Below, one piece after another: positions 58,058 through 64,000 of a stretch of DNA of 64,000 bases. How positions within the stretch are numbered: the stretch's first letter is position 1; each line of letters opens with the position of its first letter. The DNA comes from Thermoanaerobaculia bacterium (GTDB lineage: Bacteria > Acidobacteriota > Thermoanaerobaculia > Multivoradales > UBA5704). The stretch spans positions 61,457 to 125,456 of the forward strand of contig DASYTJ010000012.1 in the NCBI GenBank assembly GCA_036002325.1. Reading direction: 5' to 3'. Under the pieces are notes generated by a model. The model saw only the letters and a list, made by a program, of their open reading frames with translations. It searched no databases and was not told where the DNA came from. Both the position numbers and the translations under genes were made by a program.

Positions 58058-58567
58058 GTGGCCATGTTTGGCAACATTCCATTGACGCTCAGCATCCTCC
58101 GCGAGCTGCGGAGGAAGAGCCAGGCCGGCCTCGCCCGGGACGCCGGTATTGGCAAGAGCCAGCTCTCGAAGTATGAGACGGGCAAGGAGCTGCCGAAGCT
58201 CGACTCTCTGGAGAAGGTACTGAACGCCCTCCAGGTCAGCTATCCCGAGTTCTTCTACGCTCTGCGTCTGGTGGATCGCTTATGTTCCGAGCTGGCGGAA
58301 GGCAAAGGCCGGGGCGCCGCCGAGAGCGGTAAGCCGCTTGCTCTGCCGGCCCTGATGGAAGGGCCCTCCGTGCTGGGCGAGAACACCCGGCAGGCGTTCA
58401 CTCAGGTCTTCTCCGACCTGCTTCATCTCCATCAACGGATGATCGAGCAGACGGTGCTCGCCGGCGGCCCGGCTCAAGCCTCCCGGCCGCGCTCCGCGAC
58501 GCGAAGGCGCAAATCTTCCCATCGCGCGGCCGCGAGCTCGCCCCCAAGATCCGCGTCTCCACGATAG
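58058..58567 (+). CDS. XRE-family helix-turn-helix transcriptional regulator (paralog)
   Basis: [39 protein letters not shown]; C-terminal about 30 aa overlap convergent gene and may be read-through. Confidence 0.6.
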   Translation: MAMFGNIPLTLSILRELRRKSQAGLARDAGIGKSQLSKYETGKELPKLDSLEKVLNALQVSYPEFFYALRLVDRLCSELAEGKGRGAAESGKPLALPALMEGPSVLGENTRQAFTQVFSDLLHLHQRMIEQTVLAGGPAQASRPRSATRRRKSSHRAAASSPPRSASPR

Positions 58568-59190
58568 ACGCGGCGCGGGATGCGCCGGCACGGAACCTTG
58601 AAGCTGGTAGCCCCCGCCAAGGGACAAGGATCGAGAGCGATCTCTCCGTTTCGCGGCTCGATCCGTATTCCGTACCGCTCGACGGGTTCCTGCCAGTTGC
58701 TGCACGCGGCAAGCGAGATCTGATCGGCAAGATCGATCAACCGGTAGTCGTCCTCCAGCGCCTGCCGCGTCACCCCGGTCTCCTCCAGCAGGCCGTGCGC
58801 GAAGTCGTCGAGGAAAGCGACGAACGAGGACCATCCCTCCTCTCGGCGCCGACTTCCAAAGAGGTTGACGGCGTGGCGCGTGATCAGCAGGGCGGCATAG
58901 GGGCGTTCGGCGGCGAACCTGCAGGCGCCGCGCTGCCAGATCTCGATCCGATCCTCTCTGGGAAGGGTGAGGAAGTCGTGCGGCCGGCCGCGATCCGCGT
59001 CCCAACGCGGCGCGGCATCCGCCTCCCGCCAGCCGTTATCGTGCTCGCGCGCGGCGAAGATCAGGTCGTCTCGCCGCGGGTGAGCCGCGAGTCCGCCGGC
59101 CCGCCAGAGGGAGAGCAGCTCGCCCGAAAAATGGGCGTGGTCGGGCTGGGTGATGAAGCGAAGGCTGGAATCCTCCGGAACGACGATCAC
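58474..59190 (-). CDS. DUF3891-like hypothetical protein
   Basis: 238 aa; MIVVPEDSSLRFITQPDHAHFSGELL...REHDNGW pattern. Confidence 0.45.
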   Translation of the reverse strand: MIVVPEDSSLRFITQPDHAHFSGELLSLWRAGGLAAHPRRDDLIFAAREHDNGWREADAAPRWDADRGRPHDFLTLPREDRIEIWQRGACRFAAERPYAALLITRHAVNLFGSRRREEGWSSFVAFLDDFAHGLLEETGVTRQALEDDYRLIDLADQISLAACSNWQEPVERYGIRIEPRNGEIALDPCPLAGATSFKVPCRRIPRRVYRGDADLGGELAAARWEDLRLRVAERGREA

Positions 59191-59231
59191 GTCGCAAGCT
59201 TATCCGCTCCGCGAGATAAGATCTGCTCGTC

Positions 59232-61511
59232 ATGAGCCCGAAGAAGATCAGCCGCGAGGATGCGCTTGCCTATCACTCCCATGGGAGGAAGGGCAAGATC
59301 CAGGTCGTTCCGACAAAGGCCACCGCCACGCAGTGGGACCTCTCGCTCGCCTACAGTCCGGGCGTTGCGTTCCCCTGTAAGGACATCGAGAAAGATCCGC
59401 TTTTGGCCTACGACTACACCGCCAAAGGCAATCTGGTGGCGGTGATCAGCAATGGCACGGCGGTGCTGGGGTTGGGCAACATCGGCGCCCTTGCCGGCAA
59501 GCCGGTGATGGAGGGCAAGGGGGTTCTGTTCAAGCGCTTCGCGGATATCGACGTTTTCGATATCGAAGTGGCGACCACCGATCCCGAGGAGTTCATCCGC
59601 ACCGTGAGGCTGCTCGAGCCGACCTTCGGCGGCATCAATCTGGAGGATATCCGCGCTCCCGATTGCTTCGAGATCGAACGCCGTCTGAAGGCGGAGATGG
59701 GTATTCCCGTGTTCCATGACGATCAGCACGGCACGGCCATCATCTCGGGCGCCGCGCTGCTCAACGCTCTCGCGATCGTCGGCAAGCGGCTCGAAGAGGC
59801 GCGTATCGTCTTCTCCGGCGCGGGGGCGGCGGCCCTCTCCTGCGCTCGGCTCTACGTGCAGCTCGGGGCGCGGCGCGAGAACATCGTGCTGATCGATCGC
59901 GGCGGGGTCATCTACCATGGTCGGCAGGAGCACATGGACCCCTACAAGGAGGAGTTCGCCGCCGACACCCCGGTGCGCACTCTGGCCGAGGCGATGGCGG
60001 ACGCCGACGTGTTCATCGGCCTCTCCGTCGCCGGTATGGTGACGCCCGAAATGGTGCGCTCGATGGCGCGCGATCCGATCGTCTTCGCCATGGCCAATCC
60101 CGATCCCGAGATCGGTTACGAGGAGATCCGGTCGGCGCGGCCGGACGCCATCGCCGCCACCGGCCGCAGCGACTACCCGAATCAGGTCAACAACGTCCTC
60201 GGCTTTCCCTTCCTCTTCCGCGGAGCCCTCGACGTGCGGGCGAGCGACATCAACGAGCCGATGAAGCTCGCCGCGGTGAAAGCCCTCGCCGAGCTGGCCC
60301 GCGAGGACGTACCGGATGCGGTGCTGCGGGCCTACGGCCTCAAGTCGCTCCGCTTCGGCCGCGAGTATCTGATCCCCAAGCCTTTCGATTACCGAGTGTT
60401 GCTGCGCGTTCCTCCGGCGGTGGCGCAGGCGGCCATGGCAAGCGGCGTGGCGCGGGTGCCGATCCAGGATTTCGCAGCCTACCAACGGCGGCTGGAGACC
60501 CTGATCTCGCGCCGCCTGGAGCTGATGCGCGGCGTCATCGACCGGGCCAGGCATTCACCGCGGCGCGTGGTTTTCCCCGAAGGCGAGCACGAGCAGATCC
60601 TTCGGGCGGCGAAGATCCTGGTCGAGGAGGGAATCGCCCACCCCATCCTCCTCGCCCGCCGCGAGATGATCGCCGACCGGCTGCGCGAGCTCGATCTGCC
60701 AGAGGAGCGCCTCACCGTCATCCACAACGAGAGCAGCGACCGCTTCGACGTCTATGCCCGGCGCTTCCATGAGCTGCGGCGGCGCGATGGCATCACCCTC
60801 TCGGATGCCCGCAAGCGGATGCGCCTGCGCAACTACTTCGGCACGATGATGGTCGAGGCGGGAGACGCCGACGGTCTGATCTCGGGCCTCACCCAGCATT
60901 ATCCTGACACCATCCGCCCGGCGCTGGAGATCGTCGGTACGCGCGGCGACGTCAAACGGGTCTCCGGCACCTATGTTCTCATCCTCCAGGACCGCGTCTT
61001 CTTTCTCGCCGACACGACGGTGAACATCGAACCCACGCCCGAGGATCTGGCCGAGACCGCCCTCCTCACCGTGGAATTCGTCCGCCGCTTCGGCATCGTG
61101 CCGCGGGTGGCGATGCTCTCGTTCTCCAACTTCGGCTCCAACAAACATCCGTCGGCGCGCAAGGTGCGGCGCGCCGTCGAGATCGTCAGCGCCGCCGACC
61201 CGGAGCTGGAGATCGACGGCGAGATGCAGGCCGACACGGCCGTCTTCGAGCAGATCCTGCAGGAGAACTATCCCTGGAGCCGCCTGAGGCAGCCGGCCAA
61301 CGTGCTGATCTTCCCCGAGCTGCAGTCAGCCAACATCGCCTACAAGCTGATCTGGCGCCTGGCCGGTGCCGAAGCGATCGGGCCGATCCTGCTGGGCATG
61401 GCCAAACCGGTGCACGTGCTGCAGGCCGGTCTCGAGGTGAGCGACATCGTCAATATGGCGGCCCTCTGCGTCGTGGACGCGCAAGAGCTGGAGAGGTCTG
61501 AGGACCTTTAG
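59232..61511 (+). CDS. maeB: NADP-dependent malic enzyme (malic enzyme domain plus phosphotransacetylase-like domain)
   Basis: 759 aa; [47 protein letters not shown](P) site, C-terminal PTA-like domain. Confidence 0.9.
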   Translation: MSPKKISREDALAYHSHGRKGKIQVVPTKATATQWDLSLAYSPGVAFPCKDIEKDPLLAYDYTAKGNLVAVISNGTAVLGLGNIGALAGKPVMEGKGVLFKRFADIDVFDIEVATTDPEEFIRTVRLLEPTFGGINLEDIRAPDCFEIERRLKAEMGIPVFHDDQHGTAIISGAALLNALAIVGKRLEEARIVFSGAGAAALSCARLYVQLGARRENIVLIDRGGVIYHGRQEHMDPYKEEFAADTPVRTLAEAMADADVFIGLSVAGMVTPEMVRSMARDPIVFAMANPDPEIGYEEIRSARPDAIAATGRSDYPNQVNNVLGFPFLFRGALDVRASDINEPMKLAAVKALAELAREDVPDAVLRAYGLKSLRFGREYLIPKPFDYRVLLRVPPAVAQAAMASGVARVPIQDFAAYQRRLETLISRRLELMRGVIDRARHSPRRVVFPEGEHEQILRAAKILVEEGIAHPILLARREMIADRLRELDLPEERLTVIHNESSDRFDVYARRFHELRRRDGITLSDARKRMRLRNYFGTMMVEAGDADGLISGLTQHYPDTIRPALEIVGTRGDVKRVSGTYVLILQDRVFFLADTTVNIEPTPEDLAETALLTVEFVRRFGIVPRVAMLSFSNFGSNKHPSARKVRRAVEIVSAADPELEIDGEMQADTAVFEQILQENYPWSRLRQPANVLIFPELQSANIAYKLIWRLAGAEAIGPILLGMAKPVHVLQAGLEVSDIVNMAALCVVDAQELERSEDL

Positions 61512-61604
61512 TGGGGCCTTCGAATGAGGGAAGGAGTGGAAGACGAGCGTTGTTCCGGGTTAGACTTACCCGAAAGCATTGTCATTCCTGAAGGAGGCTC
61601 ACCC

Positions 61605-62237
61605 ATGAAGCGTATTTCGACCCTCGCCCTCTGCGCCGCTCTGCTCCTCGCGATGTTCGCGGCGCCGAACCTGACTCGGGCGGCCGGCAAGAGCGACAAG
61701 CCGCGCCTCGCCGTCCTGGAGTTCAAGAACAAGGCTGATAATCAATGGTGGTGGCACGGCGGCGCCGAGGCGGCGCAGGACGTGTTCGTCACCGAGCTCG
61801 TCAAGAGCGGCAAGTTCCGCGTCGTCGAGCGCGAGCAGCTCCAGGCCCTGATGCAGGAAAAGAACCTGACTCTCTCCGGCGATGTCGATCCGGCGACGGC
61901 GGTGAAGGTGGGCAAGCTCCTGGGCGTCAACTACCTGCTGACCGGCGCCGTGACCGAATACGGAGTGACCGACAAGAGCGCTCATGGTTCCGGCGTCGGC
62001 CGCCTCCCCGGCTTCTCTGCCGGCAAGCGCAGCTTCGTCGCGGCCCTGAACGCCCGGCTGATCGACACCTCGACGGGCGAGATCGTCTGGGCTGACGAGG
62101 CGAGCGAGGAAGAGAGCAGCGTGAAGGTCTCGGTGGGCGGCTTCGGCGGCGGCGTCGACGACGACCGGATGTTCGACAAGGTCATGAAACCCTGCATCCA
62201 GAAGCTCACCGCCAGCCTCAAGGCGGCCGACCTGTAA
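61605..62237 (+). CDS. CsgG-like (curli production assembly/transport component family) lipoprotein
   Basis: RBS GGAGG; signal MKRISTLALCAALLLA; LAVLEFKNKA, VVEREQLQALMQE, YLLTGAVTEY typical of CsgG/DUF fold. Confidence 0.55.
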   Translation: MKRISTLALCAALLLAMFAAPNLTRAAGKSDKPRLAVLEFKNKADNQWWWHGGAEAAQDVFVTELVKSGKFRVVEREQLQALMQEKNLTLSGDVDPATAVKVGKLLGVNYLLTGAVTEYGVTDKSAHGSGVGRLPGFSAGKRSFVAALNARLIDTSTGEIVWADEASEEESSVKVSVGGFGGGVDDDRMFDKVMKPCIQKLTASLKAADL

Positions 62238-62257
62238 GCCTCCGCCTCCTCGCCTCC

Positions 62258-62287
62258 TGTAGGGGCGCAGCATGCTGCGCCCCTACA
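62258..62287. terminator. REP-like perfect palindrome, identical copy of 26835-26864 element
   Basis: Between convergent CsgG-like gene and kinase-TonB gene. Confidence 0.6.
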
Positions 62288-62293
62288 ATGGTC

Positions 62294-64000
62294 CTACCGC
62301 AGCGGCGGCTTGAAGTTCACCCGCATGGTCCGCCACATCTTCACGCGGATCCCATCCTTGGTGGCAGGCTGGAACACGGCCCGCCGGGCGGCGTCGAGGG
62401 CCGCCTCATCGAAACCGAAACCGGCCTTCGCTCCCAGCAGCTCGGCATCCAGAACCCGGCCCCGCTCGTCGACAAGAACCTTGATATCCACCTGAGCCGA
62501 ACGGTTCAGCCGCTGCGCCGCCGGCGGATAGCGGGGATCGGGCTGCGAGACGAGCTTCGGCGCGACCACACCCGGACCCGTCTGCACCAGATCTCCAACC
62601 TGCACCTGCGGCTGTCGCGGAGGAGCGGACTGGACCGGCGCCGGGTTGGCCGGCGCCGTGGCGCTGTCGACCTTCGTGTCTCCTTGGCTGCTGGCGGCAC
62701 CCGGCTGCGGAGCGGGCGCGCTGGTCTGCGGCGGCGCCGGCGCCGCCGCCGCGGGCTCGGTGCGCTGGGCGGCGCGGGTGTCCGCGGGCGCCGGCGTCGG
62801 CTCCTGCTGAAGCGCCGGCCGTTCCTGCCTCGGCGCCTCGGCGGTCGCCCGCTTGCTGTCCTCGAGCTGCTGTTGGAGCTGCTTGATGCGGTCGTCGTAC
62901 TGCGCCTTGTACTTGGCCTCCATCTCCTTCTGACGCGCCTCGAACATCTGCTGGATCTGCGCCTGGATCTCCTCGGGCGTCAGCGCGGCCTGCGTGGGGG
63001 GCGCGCCGACGGGAGGAACGGCGGCTCCCGGCATGGTGGCTGGCTGCGCGGCGGGCGAAACCGCGGGCGCTGGCGGCTTCGCCGCCGGTTGGGCGGACTT
63101 TTTGCCGCCGGACTGGACCCACAGGAAATAGCCGCCGACGGCGAGGGCGATCACGGCGGCCGCCGCGATGCCGATCCATAGCGGCTTCCGCGAAGGCTCG
63201 GCTTCCTTCGCCACCTGCGCCCTCGTCCCCGGCCAGGTGGCTTCGCGCACTCCGGTTACCTCGCGCAGATCCTGCGGCGCCGGGGCCGGCGCGACCGTCG
63301 GCGCCGTGACGACCGGGCGCTGCGGCAGCTCGAGCTTCTTCTCAGCCTGGATCTCCTGGTTCTCCCGCTCGATCTCGTCGCGGAAGAGGTTGTGCATGAA
63401 GAAAGCCAGATTGAAGGTGGTCGGGCTGAAGTGGCCGTCGATCATCAGCTTCGACAGCGTCTTGTGCCAGGTGACGGCATCGGCGATCCGCTGTTCGCGG
63501 GGCACCAGGCTCTTCTTGAGGAGGGCCGCGACGGGAGCCGGAAACGGCGTGCCGTCGTTGGCCAGGACGGCGCCGTCGATCCGCGCGCCGTGCCCTTCCG
63601 GCGGCGCGGCGGGGAGCCGCTCGCCGGTCAGCAGCTCGAAGAGAATGGCGCCGAGGGAGTAGACGTCGTCTGCCTTTGTGAGCGGCGCGCCGGTCAGGGT
63701 CTCTGGCGAGAGATAGGGGCGGATCGAGTCGTCCTGCCAGCCGCCTGCCTGATCGCGCAGGCCGGGCGCCACCTCGAAGCCGAGCAGGCGGGTCTCGCCC
63801 TCGTTGGAGATCATCACCAGGTGCGGCACCACGAAGCCGTGCAGCACCCGTTCGTCCTGCATCCGGCTCTCGTGGGCGGCGGCGAGGGCGAGCGAGATGC
63901 GCTCAGCGATCAGCAGCGCATGGTCGGTGGGAATCGGAGAATGCTGCCGGGCGGCCTGCGCGAAGAGAGTCGCCAGGTTCTTGCCCGAGATGTAATCGTA
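62294..64000 (-). CDS. Protein-kinase-like (likely pseudokinase) domain / TM / Pro-rich linker / TonB C-terminal domain fusion; 5' end beyond window
   Basis: In-frame translation continues upstream of the first Met to the window edge (YDYISGKNLATLFAQAARQHSPIPTDHALLIAERISLALAAAHESRMQDERVLHGFVVPHLVMIS...DVYSLGAILFELLTG); catalytic HRDLKPxN replaced by HGFVVPHLV; C-terminus matches TonB_C. Confidence 0.6.
   Translation of the reverse strand, partial: YDYISGKNLATLFAQAARQHSPIPTDHALLIAERISLALAAAHESRMQDERVLHGFVVPHLVMISNEGETRLLGFEVAPGLRDQAGGWQDDSIRPYLSPETLTGAPLTKADDVYSLGAILFELLTGERLPAAPPEGHGARIDGAVLANDGTPFPAPVAALLKKSLVPREQRIADAVTWHKTLSKLMIDGHFSPTTFNLAFFMHNLFRDEIERENQEIQAEKKLELPQRPVVTAPTVAPAPAPQDLREVTGVREATWPGTRAQVAKEAEPSRKPLWIGIAAAAVIALAVGGYFLWVQSGGKKSAQPAAKPPAPAVSPAAQPATMPGAAVPPVGAPPTQAALTPEEIQAQIQQMFEARQKEMEAKYKAQYDDRIKQLQQQLEDSKRATAEAPRQERPALQQEPTPAPADTRAAQRTEPAAAAPAPPQTSAPAPQPGAASSQGDTKVDSATAPANPAPVQSAPPRQPQVQVGDLVQTGPGVVAPKLVSQPDPRYPPAAQRLNRSAQVDIKVLVDERGRVLDAELLGAKAGFGFDEAALDAARRAVFQPATKDGIRVKMWRTMRVNFKPPLR

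Overview
High-GC (roughly 65-70%) bacterial chromosomal segment. Genes are densely packed, often overlapping and translationally coupled. GWxTP and DUF2339 proteins, a BNR/sortilin-like beta-propeller protein, a split cytochrome b with an octaheme cytochrome c, and ECF sigma/anti-sigma pairs suggest an Acidobacteria-like soil bacterium. This lineage call is inference only.

Layout, in order along the window:
- 1-8.4 kb: minus-strand housekeeping genes, namely a glycerate kinase, a DUF2339 membrane protein, a lower-GC SAM methyltransferase flanked by ~110-bp direct repeats, and a GH47 mannosidase.
- 8.7-15.7 kb: a translationally coupled two-component block. It holds a MEDS histidine kinase, a LuxR-type response regulator, a MerR regulator, a PAS kinase with a receiver domain, a single receiver protein, and a hybrid REC-PAS-kinase-REC protein.
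- 15.7-26.8 kb: an ECF sigma factor, a large anti-sigma factor with a FecR-like domain, two ABC ATPase/ABC-2 permease pairs, a LolA-like protein and a 1060-aa BNR/Asp-box protein.
- 26.9-41.8 kb: rpsU, a lytic transglycosylase, a sulfatase-like protein, tRNA-Met(CAT), a COG1579 zinc-ribbon protein, YggS, DivIVA, a small ORF coupled to an AbiEii-like nucleotidyltransferase, hutI, an FKBP isomerase, an M49-like peptidase and an EVE-domain protein.
- 41.8-42.2 kb: an array of about 20 tandem 21-bp repeats, each anchored on AAGCTT, at a convergent gene junction.
- 43.9-46.4 kb: a lower-GC islet with 33-nt direct repeats, gene-start fragments, a small secreted peptide gene and a zinc-finger/TPR regulator.
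- 46.5-57.1 kb, all minus strand: a cupredoxin-like lipoprotein, an octaheme cytochrome c, split cytochrome b, a Rieske protein, a HEAT protein, an acyltransferase, a ChrR-like anti-sigma factor and Ogt.
- 57.3-64 kb: two tandem XRE regulators, a DUF3891-like protein, maeB, a CsgG-like lipoprotein, and a kinase-like domain fused to a TonB C-terminal domain that runs off the window edge.

A REP-like perfect palindrome, GTAGGGGCGCAGCATGCTGCGCCCCTAC, recurs at three convergent gene junctions. Two 33-nt copies are identical, and a related variant follows the hybrid kinase. It encodes MLRPY on both strands and seeds spurious ORFs. Many long antisense or alternative-frame ORFs in the track are high-GC artefacts.
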